From Candidatus Nezhaarchaeales archaeon (GTDB lineage: Archaea > Thermoproteota > Methanomethylicia > Nezhaarchaeales > WYZ-LMO8): a DNA stretch of 64,000 nt. The position numbers were made by a program, and so were the translations under genes. The stretch is from positions 288,001 to 352,000 of the forward strand of contig JAWAKK010000001.1 of assembly GCA_038887515.1 (NCBI GenBank). The letters are read 5' to 3'. Below, one piece after another: positions 46,023-55,562 of the stretch (positions within the stretch are counted from its first letter, which is position 1; every line of letters starts with the position of its first letter). A model generated the notes under the pieces. It saw only the letters and a program-made list of their open reading frames with translations, searched no databases and had not been told where the DNA came from.

Positions 46023-47528
46023 TCAATTGTGCCTCTTGTTTTCAAGCCTTCTTCCCAACAAGCTAAACCCTACGTATGTCAATGCACAACCTATGAACGT
46101 TGCCCACCACCAATTGCCCCAGCCCCAATGACCTACCGTATATACATAGTAACCTCCGAGTACAGTCATTATGAAGCCATAGAACATACATGCTAGGGCG
46201 CCGTACTTGTGCGCCTTGCGCCAGTACAACGTTATTGCCAAGACGAAGAAGAATATACAGCCCATTCCGACAGCGGCGCCGGACATTAAGTATGCCAGCA
46301 GGTCCGGAGGCTTTGTAACTACCCAAGTCAACGGTATCAACGCAAATACTGCTACTAAGCTTCGAGCCAATATTAGCGAGGTCCTGTCGCTGAGGTTGGG
46401 CTTTAATAGTAGAATTATGTCTTTAGTTAGGCTTCCAGCCATTACCAATACCATCCCTGCCAGCGTTGACATGGAGGCTGCAAAGACTGCAGCTACATAC
46501 ATTCCGGATACTGCGGGTCCAGACATAAGAGCCATGAAAGGCGCCGCTGCATCTGCCTTTGCTGGAGAAGCTGTGAAGAGAGCATTTCCAAACGTAGCTC
46601 TTGCGGATAACCCAGTCAATATGTTTGCCCACGGTATGGCTGAACTTATGAATATTACGAGAACCATTATTGCCATCTCTTTTCTTGTGAGCCTTTTCAT
46701 CGCTAGGAATCTAGCTACGTTGTGCGGAAAACCGACAGCCATAGTGACGAATAGGCCCAGTGTTGCTGTCAATCCCACTAAGTCCGCTGCGAACTGAAGA
46801 TTAGGCTTCGAGGCTAAATCGGCTCTGAGAGGTGCTACGAGGACAGGGTCTTGGGATGCTAAGGCTTGGTTTAGGGCCATCGGCCCGCCGACGAGACTTA
46901 GCGAAGTGTACGCTAGGATGTAGCATGCAAACGTCATTATGATGCCCTGAATTGCTAGAGCCCATTGAGTACCGGTGTAACCCCCTAGAACCATGTATGC
47001 TATCATGACTAATGCCCCTATTATTATGGAGGCTTCCCAAGGAGTGCCAGTTACGACGTGCCAAACCGTTGCAGCGGCTTTATACTGTCCTACAGAGTAC
47101 ACGAGTAGTAAGACTATGTAGACTGCGCTGGCAACTGCTGCTACTAACTTGCTGTTGTACAGCAAACCTACGAGCTGAGGGACTGTTGAGACCTTTAGTT
47201 CTTGAAACATTTTTCTCAACTTAGGCCCGAAGACTGTGGCACAAGGAATTATGCCTACGAGGGTCCATACACCTGCAAGCCATATTCCTGACCAACCAAA
47301 TGTATATGTTATACCCATTAGTCCGAGGCAAGCCCACCCACTCATCCACGTAGCGCTAAGAGCTAGCCCAGTAATTACTGGACCAAAGCTCCTACTTCCG
47401 GAGAGCCAGGAGGAGAAAGTACTACTCTTTTTCCTAGCTATGAAGCCAACTATAGTACACAGTACTAAGAGAGCCGAGAGCCATGTAGCTGATGATACTA
47501 TATCGAGTAAACTCGGAGATGGAAGCAC
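46023..47528 (-). CDS. Sodium:solute symporter family
   Basis: ATWMSGW, GQY, LGGY, PHNVARF, AASMST, LYWRKA. Confidence 0.92.
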   Translation of the reverse strand: MLPSPSLLDIVSSATWLSALLVLCTIVGFIARKKSSTFSSWLSGSRSFGPVITGLALSATWMSGWACLGLMGITYTFGWSGIWLAGVWTLVGIIPCATVFGPKLRKMFQELKVSTVPQLVGLLYNSKLVAAVASAVYIVLLLVYSVGQYKAAATVWHVVTGTPWEASIIIGALVMIAYMVLGGYTGTQWALAIQGIIMTFACYILAYTSLSLVGGPMALNQALASQDPVLVAPLRADLASKPNLQFAADLVGLTATLGLFVTMAVGFPHNVARFLAMKRLTRKEMAIMVLVIFISSAIPWANILTGLSARATFGNALFTASPAKADAAAPFMALMSGPAVSGMYVAAVFAASMSTLAGMVLVMAGSLTKDIILLLKPNLSDRTSLILARSLVAVFALIPLTWVVTKPPDLLAYLMSGAAVGMGCIFFFVLAITLYWRKAHKYGALACMFYGFIMTVLGGYYVYTVGHWGWGNWWWATFIGCALTYVGFSLLGRRLENKRHN

Positions 47529-47545
47529 GCCTCTTTGACCCCCAT

Positions 47546-47635
47546 CTAATCTTCTGTTGGCATCTTAATGGTGGCGACTATAGCAATTATGGCACTAATT
47601 ATTACTACGCTCAACAGGCACAGCCAGGGGACCAT
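47546..47635 (-). CDS. 29-aa single-TM protein (SSS accessory candidate)
   Basis: Not in ORF track. MVPWLCLLSVVIISAIIAIVATIKMPTED*; TAATG overlap with upstream HTH stop; ends 17 nt before the SSS. Confidence 0.65.
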   Translation of the reverse strand: MVPWLCLLSVVIISAIIAIVATIKMPTED

Positions 47636-48030
47636 TAAGTCCTGCAAGGGCTTATCCCCTCCGCTATGTTCTTAGCTACTATCAAGCCCGCGTAAGTCAG
47701 TGAAACCGGAATGCCTTTAGCGTCCTTCCCGCCGGACGTTATGAGACCCATGTCCCTAAGACCCCTAAGGCTCCACTTTAACGTGGATTCCGGAACTTCA
47801 AGCTCTGTCGATAACTTCCTCACAAGGCTTGAAAGGGTGTAGTCATTGCAGTCCTCAGAGTACAGCCTTAATAGTAATATCTTCTGGAGCTTGGTTAACT
47901 TCATTAAGGCAAGTCTCGTCAAGGCAAACTCGAGCTCGAGGAGAAGAGGATTCTCGGGTTTCCATTCCTCGGGTTTGGGCGAGCTAATTAAGGTCTCTTC
48001 ACTGGAGCGCTTTCTCGAAAAGGTAGACAC
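47635..48030 (-). CDS. Winged-helix DNA-binding protein
   Basis: LTKLQKILL, TLSSLVRKLS..VPESTLKWSLRGLRDMGLI, LTYAG. Confidence 0.8.
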   Translation of the reverse strand: MSTFSRKRSSEETLISSPKPEEWKPENPLLLELEFALTRLALMKLTKLQKILLLRLYSEDCNDYTLSSLVRKLSTELEVPESTLKWSLRGLRDMGLITSGGKDAKGIPVSLTYAGLIVAKNIAEGISPCRT

Positions 48031-48209
48031 CTTTACTCAATTTCCACCTCACCGTTCAGAGAAGTCGCGGTACAGAGTATTTAAACTTTAAGGGCAAGAG
48101 AGTTTACCCAAGCACTTAAATTCAAGGCTCAGAAACCTTATTTCATCTCATAAACTAATAATAGGGTGAAGTTGACGAAGAACAAGTAGAAGGTAGAGGT
48201 CGAAGGATT

Positions 48210-49040
48210 TTGGTCAGCGAATCCGATTTATTTAAGATATATCAAGCTCTTGGAAACGCTCATAGAAGAAACATAATAGCTCTTTTAGGCGAGAATCCTG
48301 ATGGGCTAACGTTCTCGGAACTAAGAAAAATGGTGAACCTCAGTGTAGGATCTCTCTATTACAACTTAGATCAACTTGAGGACTTAATCTACCAGAAGAA
48401 CGATAAAAGATATGCCTTAACAGAGAAGGGCTTCTTGGCTTATAACATCTTGAAAAGTGACATTGAAAGATTAAAGAGTGGGGAGCCACTAAGTGGTCTC
48501 GCTGATTTTACGAGCAAGCTTAGGGGGTTACTTCTTCCACGATGGTTCTTCGCGTTCTTGGAGAACAAGAAAGGGCTTACGACTTTAATAGCAATCATAA
48601 TTTTACTTACCGGAGCCATCGTATGTGGATACAACGGAATAATGCTGAGTGTTACGTGGGTCGGTTACTCTTCAATGTTTTTTCTAAACTCCTTAAGCTT
48701 CATTTTGAGCTGGATCGCGATATCGGTAGCCACCTTTGCAATAGCACCTTCGAACGTGAAGAGAAAGCTGAGACTTCTTCCAAGATATTTAATCGAAGTT
48801 GGTCTAGCGATGTTCCCCCTAGCGACATTCGTTGCGATAGAACCTTTCTTAAGGTCTGTGGTAATAGTTAAAGTAGCCATTCAAGTAATATTGTGGTTAA
48901 TATCGATATCGTTGATATCTTCAGCTCTAAGCCACGTTGCTAAGTGTAGGAGTGAAATAGCTTTTCTAATAACCGCTTTAGTTATGTTCATCGCAACTCT
49001 TGCAGTATCGCAATTAGTACTATTTTACTTCATGGAATGA
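48210..49040 (+). CDS. wHTH regulator fused to a multi-TM domain
   Basis: ALGNAHRRNII, TFSEL, GSLYYNL, YALTEKG; about 5-6 C-terminal TM helices. Confidence 0.82.
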   Translation: MVSESDLFKIYQALGNAHRRNIIALLGENPDGLTFSELRKMVNLSVGSLYYNLDQLEDLIYQKNDKRYALTEKGFLAYNILKSDIERLKSGEPLSGLADFTSKLRGLLLPRWFFAFLENKKGLTTLIAIIILLTGAIVCGYNGIMLSVTWVGYSSMFFLNSLSFILSWIAISVATFAIAPSNVKRKLRLLPRYLIEVGLAMFPLATFVAIEPFLRSVVIVKVAIQVILWLISISLISSALSHVAKCRSEIAFLITALVMFIATLAVSQLVLFYFME

Positions 49041-49129
49041 CGCATCCTAAGCTGATCAAGGAGCTATGGCGCAATGTTTTAAAGACTTCTGAAGAGAACA
49101 TCTATCGCTAGGTAAGACCTCGGTGTCTA

Positions 49130-49936
49130 ATGATGGCGACCTTTATATGCTTCGTCGGCCACGACTTCATGAGGATAGTTGATGGAATAAACTTTTGGAA
49201 GACTAAAGAGGTCATAGACGAAATAATACTGGTTCAAGACAAGAAGAGGGACAAGTACGGTAACGCTTCTAGGCTTAACGTTAGGGACCTTCAAAAAGTG
49301 TTAACCTTTGCAGGTAAGGAGCCTCAAGTAATATCTGTTAATCCTCAGAGCTACGAGGAGGTATTCTCTGCAATGTATTCTGTGGTTCGTAGAGAAGTCG
49401 AGAACTTAGGTAGAAGGGTCTACATTGATGCGACATCCACTACTAAGGAGGCCTATGGAGCAGTGGTAACGGTTGCCCTAATGTTCCAAGGAGTAAGGCT
49501 ATACGTAGTCCCTCCAGCCGAGAGAGGATGGTATGTCCCCGACGTTGACTCACCCGAGTTTCAATCGTGGTTTAGCAAGGTCAGAAGCGTACGTGGGCTC
49601 CAGCCTCAAGAGATATTCTTGCCGGGTTTTAGACTTGAGAAGTTATCCTACGAAGAGGAGAAGGCGTTAATGATACTAGAAAGTAAAGGTGGCGAAGCCG
49701 ACTCTATAAAGACCTTAATCAAGTGGTACGGCGAAGACCCTAAAGATCCTAGAGTGAAAAATAAGTTCAGCAGGCTTGTAAACAAACTAGTATCAAAGGG
49801 TCTTTTAATAAGCGAAACAGGGGCAAGGGCTAAGACTATAAAGTTAACAGACTTTGGAAGGATATACGCTAAAGCTTTGAAGTACCACTATTTACAGAAG
49901 AAAAAGGACGAAACTGCACCTTATCCAGCCATATGA
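49130..49936 (+). CDS. CARF-like (DUF6293/Csa3-like) + wHTH regulator
   Basis: FVGHD, YIDATSTTK (CARF motif II-like), C-terminal wHTH LVSKGL...LTDFG. Confidence 0.7.
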   Translation: MMATFICFVGHDFMRIVDGINFWKTKEVIDEIILVQDKKRDKYGNASRLNVRDLQKVLTFAGKEPQVISVNPQSYEEVFSAMYSVVRREVENLGRRVYIDATSTTKEAYGAVVTVALMFQGVRLYVVPPAERGWYVPDVDSPEFQSWFSKVRSVRGLQPQEIFLPGFRLEKLSYEEEKALMILESKGGEADSIKTLIKWYGEDPKDPRVKNKFSRLVNKLVSKGLLISETGARAKTIKLTDFGRIYAKALKYHYLQKKKDETAPYPAI

Positions 49937-49948
49937 GGATGAAAGCTC

Positions 49949-50758
49949 ATGGTCTTTAATCTCCCCTACCTTGACTTTCCAAAAGTTGAGCAAGAAATTT
50001 GTTTATTTATAAGAGGGGTCGTTGAGAAAACCGGTGCTAGGGGACTAGTCATTGGGCTTAGTGGAGGGCTCGATTCTTCAGTTGTAGCGTACTTGGCGGT
50101 GAAGGCTCTAGGAGCGGATAAGGTGAAGGCTCTAATAATGCCTGATTACAGGGTTACCCCCAAGAGCGACGTAGAGGATGCATGGACTATAGCAGAGGAA
50201 CTAGGCATAGAAGCAAGAGAAGTGGACATAGGGCCTATGTGCAACATCATAGTTGAAAGGCACCCCTACAAGGTTAAGGGCAACCTTATTGCCGAAGGCA
50301 ATGTTAGGGCTAGGGTTAGGATGATACTTCTGTATTATACTGCAAACGCCATGAATATGATGGTCTGCGGAACCGGAGATAAGTCCGAGATCATGATAGG
50401 TTACTTCACTAAGTACGGCGATGGGGGAGTAGATTTCCTACCGATCGGGGACCTATACAAAACAGATGTTAGACGAATGGCACAATACCTAGGGATACCG
50501 GATAAAATAGCTCTTAAACCCAGTAGCCCAAGACTTTGGCCAGGTCAGACGGCTGAAGGAGAACTCGGTATGAGCTACGACGTCATAGATCCCATACTTT
50601 TTTTAATGTACGAGAAAGGCTACAATCCTGAAGAGGTTGCTTCTAGAGTCGGTGTAAGCTTAAATGTAGTTACCGCCGTAATGAAGAGAGTCGAAAACTC
50701 AAGGCATAAGAGGGCAATGCCCCCCTTTCCTGCAGTATCCCACCTAAGAATTTACTAA
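49949..50758 (+). CDS. nadE: NH3-dependent NAD+ synthetase
   Basis: GLSGGLDS, NVRARVRM, GYFTKYGDGG, DLYKT, PSSPRLWPGQTAEGELG, HKR. Confidence 0.95.
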   Translation: MVFNLPYLDFPKVEQEICLFIRGVVEKTGARGLVIGLSGGLDSSVVAYLAVKALGADKVKALIMPDYRVTPKSDVEDAWTIAEELGIEAREVDIGPMCNIIVERHPYKVKGNLIAEGNVRARVRMILLYYTANAMNMMVCGTGDKSEIMIGYFTKYGDGGVDFLPIGDLYKTDVRRMAQYLGIPDKIALKPSSPRLWPGQTAEGELGMSYDVIDPILFLMYEKGYNPEEVASRVGVSLNVVTAVMKRVENSRHKRAMPPFPAVSHLRIY

Positions 50759-50840
50759 GAGGTCCTGAAACTTCGAGTGGACGAAGGCTAGGGAAAACTT
50801 TAAAGATTCTTAGCTTCAAATTAGTGATGGTGCTAGAGTC

Positions 50841-51233
50841 TTGAAATGCATCAGGTGCGGCAAGTGTTGCTCAAGAGCTGAGATATTTCTATCAAGCGAG
50901 GATGTAGCAAAGATAGAAGCCTTAGGTTATGACAAGAAGGAGTTTGCAATAAGGTCAGGCCCCTACCTTAAGCTGAGGAAGATTGATGGATATTGTTATT
51001 TCTTCGACCCATACGAGAAGACGTGCGAAATCTACCCTTATAGACCTATGAGCTGTAAACTCTACCCTGTAATATACGTCCTCGGGAAAGGCCCCACGGT
51101 CGACGTTAACTGCCTCATGGCCTACACGGTATCTAAGGCCGAGCTTACGAGGAAAGGTAAGATGCTCGAACAGCACTTAAGCAAGATATTCAAGAGAGCT
51201 AAAAGAATATATTTGACTAGCCTGCAAAAGTAA
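50841..51233 (+). CDS. YkgJ family cysteine-cluster protein
   Basis: CIRCGKCC, CYFF, CEIYPYRPMSCKLYP. Confidence 0.88.
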   Translation: MKCIRCGKCCSRAEIFLSSEDVAKIEALGYDKKEFAIRSGPYLKLRKIDGYCYFFDPYEKTCEIYPYRPMSCKLYPVIYVLGKGPTVDVNCLMAYTVSKAELTRKGKMLEQHLSKIFKRAKRIYLTSLQK

Positions 51234-51238
51234 TAGTA

Positions 51239-51847
51239 ATGTCGAACATTTTGAGCAAGGCTAAAGACTCGATTCGAGAGCTAGCGATAAGGCTCTTGAA
51301 AAAAGTAGAAGCCAAAGAAGAGGCCTCCCTTAAGGCTAGGGGAGCCATTAGGCTCTGCGGCGAGGCCATATCTCTTTCTCATAGGGGCCAAATTGACGAA
51401 GCTAAAATGAAGCTCAGGCAGGCTAGAGAAGTAATTAATGAACTTAGGCTTAAGCACCAAGACCTCGAACTTGAAGCCTTTAATACGTTGCTCCAAGAGT
51501 ACGTTGAAGCAGAGACCCTTATAAGCATAGTAGAGGGAAGGCCGCTGCCATCAGTGGATGAGTTGCAAGTGACTGACGAAGCTTACATCTTGGGTTTAGC
51601 AGATCTAATAGGTGAGCTTAGGAGGAGGATTCTTGAAGAGATGAGGAAGGAAAATACATCGGAGGCCGAGAGAGTTTATGAGATAATGAGGGAACTTTAT
51701 GAAATGCTGTGGCCTTTGGAATATCCCAGATCTCTTGTACCAGGTCTCAGACATAAGATAGACGTTATGAGAAGGGTAGTAGACGAAACTTTACACGACC
51801 TAACACTCATGAGAACTTTAGAGATGCGTACGCGCAGAACCAATTAA
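51239..51847 (+). CDS. Translin/TRAX family protein (archaeal C3PO-like)
   Basis: QEYVEA, YILGLADLIGELRR, LRHKID. Confidence 0.87.
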   Translation: MSNILSKAKDSIRELAIRLLKKVEAKEEASLKARGAIRLCGEAISLSHRGQIDEAKMKLRQAREVINELRLKHQDLELEAFNTLLQEYVEAETLISIVEGRPLPSVDELQVTDEAYILGLADLIGELRRRILEEMRKENTSEAERVYEIMRELYEMLWPLEYPRSLVPGLRHKIDVMRRVVDETLHDLTLMRTLEMRTRRTN

Positions 51848-51857
51848 TATAGAGATG

Positions 51858-51885
51858 TTAGGTTTACCTAATTAGGTTACCCGAA
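51858..51885. promoter_or_regulatory. Tandem DtxR/IdeR-like operator TTAGGTTTACCTAA-TTAGGTTACCCGAA
   Basis: Two adjacent 14-bp palindromes directly 5' of the TTTATA box of the feo operon. Confidence 0.7.
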
Positions 51886-51958
51886 AAATTTATAGACTTT
51901 AAGCCCTGAATAGCTTTCCCTATTGAAGGGTCTACGGCTTATTGGGAGGTAGAAACTA

Positions 51959-52582
51959 TTGAGCGAAAGTAACGGCGTACTGCCCTGTGCCTTGGAAGTA
52001 ATTATGACACTTAGGAAAAAGGAGCTCTATCCCGATGATACCCTGGTAGCTAGGGAACTCGGCTTACCTTTACCTGAAGCCAGGCGATTGATGGAAGAAG
52101 CAATAAGACAAGGCTTAATAATTAAAAGGGATGGATATTACGAATTGACTGATGAAGGATTAAAGAGAGTCATAAGACATAGGGAGCTATTCGTCCACGA
52201 TCACTTCGTTCACAAGGATGACAGGTGGAGTAGCGCCGTGGTAAATTGGAGTAAGCACTGGAGGTGGAAGCACGGCTTGACGAGGGGCCTTCTAGATGAC
52301 TTCTATAGAACGCTAGCGGATCTTGAAGGAAGGGTTGAAGAGTTAAAGCCTCTGAGCGCTATGAAACCTGGAGAGGAGGGTGTAGTAGTGTCGATAGCGT
52401 GCGGTCTTGGTGCTGCGAAGAGACTTGCTGAAATGGGCCTTACTCCTGGAACAAGGGTCCTTGTAACGAGGAGAGCCCCCTTAAGGGGACCTATAGAAGT
52501 CGAGGTTAGAGGTACGAGGATAGCTTTAGGTTATGGGTTGGCTTCAAAAATAGCCGTTAAAAGCATTAGTGAGACCTTATGA
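51959..52582 (+). CDS. feoA: DtxR-like HTH-FeoA fusion
   Basis: HTH VARELGL...YELTDEG; His-rich linker; FeoA KRLAEMGLTPG...APLRGPIEVEVRG. Confidence 0.8.
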   Translation: MSESNGVLPCALEVIMTLRKKELYPDDTLVARELGLPLPEARRLMEEAIRQGLIIKRDGYYELTDEGLKRVIRHRELFVHDHFVHKDDRWSSAVVNWSKHWRWKHGLTRGLLDDFYRTLADLEGRVEELKPLSAMKPGEEGVVVSIACGLGAAKRLAEMGLTPGTRVLVTRRAPLRGPIEVEVRGTRIALGYGLASKIAVKSISETL

Positions 52583-54540
52583 AGCGGAGCTTTACAATAG
52601 CTTTGGCCGGTAACGCGAACGTTGGAAAGAGCTGCATATTCAATAGGTTGACTGGACTAAGCCAGACGATAGGCAACTGGCCCGGCAAGACTGTAGAGAA
52701 GGCTGAAGGGACCCTCTACTTTAAGGGCCTAAAAATTAAAGTAATAGATCTACCGGGAACCTACTCTCTTTCAGCCTACTCTATAGAAGAGGTTATAGTG
52801 AGGGACTACTTACTATCCCGCGAAGCCAATGTAGTAATAAATGTATTGGATGCTACAGCTCTCGAACGGAACCTTTACTTAACGCTCCAACTCATGGAGC
52901 TACGAATACCATTGGTGCTAGCCCTAAATCAAATCGATATGGCCGAGAAGAGGGGCATAGTCGTAGACCATGAAAAACTTTCTAGAATCCTCGGAGTCAA
53001 AGTCGTGCCTACAGTAGCCATAACAGGGGAGGGTCTAAATAATCTTCTTGAAGCAGCCATCGACGTCGCTGAAAAAGGTCATCAAGAAGTAGCACCACCA
53101 TTAACCTACGGTAAAGAGGTTGAAAAGAGAATTGAGCAACTAGAAAATGAAGTTAGAAAGCTGAATCTCTGCGAAAAGTATCCTCCTCGATGGCTCAGCA
53201 TAAAACTCCTCGAAAGAGATCCACTTGTTGTGGAGCTCGTATCTAAGAGTGAAGGAGGGGCTGAAGTAATCAAGTTAGCTGATAGCTTGGCAAATGAGCT
53301 AGAGGAAATACATGGAGAACCTTCGCCGATCGTTATAGCCTCCGAGAGGTATGCTAAGGTAACCGAGATAGTATCCAAGGTTCAGAGGATAGTTGCCCCT
53401 TCAAGAGTTAAGTGGGAAAGAACGCTTGACTACATTACTACGCACCCGGTGCTAGGCTATGTAATGCTAGGTCTCACGGTAGCAGGGATGTTGAGCTTAG
53501 TCTTTTACTCTGGTAATCTACTATCAGGGGTTATAGAGAGTTACATAGGCGAGCAATTGAAAGAAATGACCGAGACCTTCCTATCGAATGTTTTACCAGC
53601 TGAGCTTGTAGATATTGTAACAAAAGGTTTAGTTTCAGGCTTAGTGGCAGGGCTCGTAATAGTCCTGCCCTACGTTGTACCATTCCACATAGTACTGTCA
53701 ATTTTAGAGGATTCTGGGTACCTTCCCCGAGCGGCTTATTTGACCGATAACTTTATGCATAAAATGGGCCTTCACGGCAAGGCCCTCCTACCGATATTGC
53801 TAGGGTTCGGATGTAACGTCCCAGCCTGCTTAGGGTGCAGGATCCTTGAAACAGATAGAGAAAGATGCTTGTGCGGGCTAGCAGTATCATTTGTTCCCTG
53901 TACTGCTAGGACCATAGTTATATTAGGAATCGTTGGGAGATATCTAGGAATAATCCCGGCTTTTTCAATATACCTGATCGCGATTGTAGCCATGTTTTTA
54001 GTGACGAGACTAGCCTACAAGGTAATGCCGGGTGAACCCATGGACCTAATCATGGAAATACCTTCGTACAGGAGACCCAGCATAAGGATAGTATTGACTA
54101 AAACTTGGAGCAAGACTAAGAGCTTCATAATCGTAGCGCTTCCAATAATAATAGCTGGGAGCTTCGTCTTAGAGTCATTGAATTTTATGAAACTAACAGA
54201 CCTCATAATTTCGGTTATGAGACCACTAACAACGGGGTTACTAGGTCTACCTGCAGAGGCTGCAATCCCTTTAATCTTCGGCTTCATGCGGAAAGAATTG
54301 TCCGTAGTCATGCTCGCAGAGGTCCTGAAAACATATGACTTCCCGCTAGTTATGAGCTTCAGCCAACTTTACGTATTCGCCCTGGTAGTTGCAATTTACA
54401 TCCCATGCATTGCAACCTTAGCAACGCTGGTGAGAGAGTTTGGATGGAAGAGAGCCTTATTGATATCCGTTACGACGATAGTTGTAGCAACACTTATTGG
54501 AGCTTTAGCAAACATTACTTTAAGGGCGTTCGGTCTCTAA
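52579..54540 (+). CDS. feoB: Ferrous iron transporter B
   Basis: GNANVGKS, GNWPGKTVE, DLPGTYSL, LEDSGYLPR, GFGCNVPA, YIPCIAT. Confidence 0.95.
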   Translation: MKRSFTIALAGNANVGKSCIFNRLTGLSQTIGNWPGKTVEKAEGTLYFKGLKIKVIDLPGTYSLSAYSIEEVIVRDYLLSREANVVINVLDATALERNLYLTLQLMELRIPLVLALNQIDMAEKRGIVVDHEKLSRILGVKVVPTVAITGEGLNNLLEAAIDVAEKGHQEVAPPLTYGKEVEKRIEQLENEVRKLNLCEKYPPRWLSIKLLERDPLVVELVSKSEGGAEVIKLADSLANELEEIHGEPSPIVIASERYAKVTEIVSKVQRIVAPSRVKWERTLDYITTHPVLGYVMLGLTVAGMLSLVFYSGNLLSGVIESYIGEQLKEMTETFLSNVLPAELVDIVTKGLVSGLVAGLVIVLPYVVPFHIVLSILEDSGYLPRAAYLTDNFMHKMGLHGKALLPILLGFGCNVPACLGCRILETDRERCLCGLAVSFVPCTARTIVILGIVGRYLGIIPAFSIYLIAIVAMFLVTRLAYKVMPGEPMDLIMEIPSYRRPSIRIVLTKTWSKTKSFIIVALPIIIAGSFVLESLNFMKLTDLIISVMRPLTTGLLGLPAEAAIPLIFGFMRKELSVVMLAEVLKTYDFPLVMSFSQLYVFALVVAIYIPCIATLATLVREFGWKRALLISVTTIVVATLIGALANITLRAFGL

Positions 54541-54555
54541 GGCGGCGACCCATAG

Positions 54556-55557
54556 ATGAGGTACTTACTGAAGCTTTCTAAATCATATTTATTTTATAAG
54601 CTTAGAAGACCTAGGCCGAGCTACGTGGTCTATTGCTGTACTGCTAGGTGCAATTTAAAGTGCGTTTTCTGCGAATGGTGGAAGAGGAAGGTACCAGAGC
54701 TCGACACTAAAACGGCATTAAAATTAATAGATGATATATGCAGCTTTGGGGTTTCGGTCATAGATTTTTCTGGTGGAGAACCTTTACTTAGAAAAGACGT
54801 TGAAGTGCTAGCTCTCCGAGCTAAGGAGTACGGCGCCTACACTATTTTGAGTACTAACGGCACTTTAATAGACGAGGAGAGGGCTAAGAGGTTATCAAAA
54901 GCCTTTGATATAATCAATGTCTCTATAGATGGCTTTGAAGGAACTCATGATTCTACTAGAGGAGTAAGTGGGACCTTTAAACGAACTTTAAAGTCCCTTG
55001 AGACGTTAAGGAGCTTTGGCGCTAAGGTTGGAATAGACCTTACTATATATAGAGGCAATGTTGGCGAGATATTGGAACTGTTCAAGTGGTTAATGGGAAA
55101 AATAGATTTCGTCTCCTTCCAGCCAGTTATGCCCTACCCTCCATGCGAGGATTTGAGACCAAACATCAATGAAGTAGATTATTTAGTTAAAGGCTTGCTT
55201 GAACTTAAAAGGCAGGCCCCATCTTATGTGGCTCCTCCAAATTGGTACATTAAGATGTTGAGAGATTACTTTAGCTATAGAATGCCGCGCATTTGCGATG
55301 CTGGATCGCTGTACTTCATGCTCGATCCAGACGGCGTAGCCTATGCTTGTAACCAAGTCAAGAGTAGCGTGATGGGCAAAATACCTAGCCAGGGCATTAG
55401 AGACTTGTGGTCTTCTCAGCAGAGACTTAATGCGATAAAGAGTACTGGACAGTGCAAAGGTTGCTTGTCCCAGTGTACAACTGCCATATCAATTGCGTAT
55501 AGAGGGGTCTTTTCGCTGGAGGATTTGAGGGGTCTACTTAGCCTAGCCTTTAAGTAA
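54556..55557 (+). CDS. Radical SAM/SPASM domain protein
   Basis: CNLKCVFC, SGGEPL, STNG, CDAG...PDGVAYAC...CKGC. Confidence 0.87.
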   Translation: MRYLLKLSKSYLFYKLRRPRPSYVVYCCTARCNLKCVFCEWWKRKVPELDTKTALKLIDDICSFGVSVIDFSGGEPLLRKDVEVLALRAKEYGAYTILSTNGTLIDEERAKRLSKAFDIINVSIDGFEGTHDSTRGVSGTFKRTLKSLETLRSFGAKVGIDLTIYRGNVGEILELFKWLMGKIDFVSFQPVMPYPPCEDLRPNINEVDYLVKGLLELKRQAPSYVAPPNWYIKMLRDYFSYRMPRICDAGSLYFMLDPDGVAYACNQVKSSVMGKIPSQGIRDLWSSQQRLNAIKSTGQCKGCLSQCTTAISIAYRGVFSLEDLRGLLSLAFK

Positions 55558-55562
55558 CTTTT

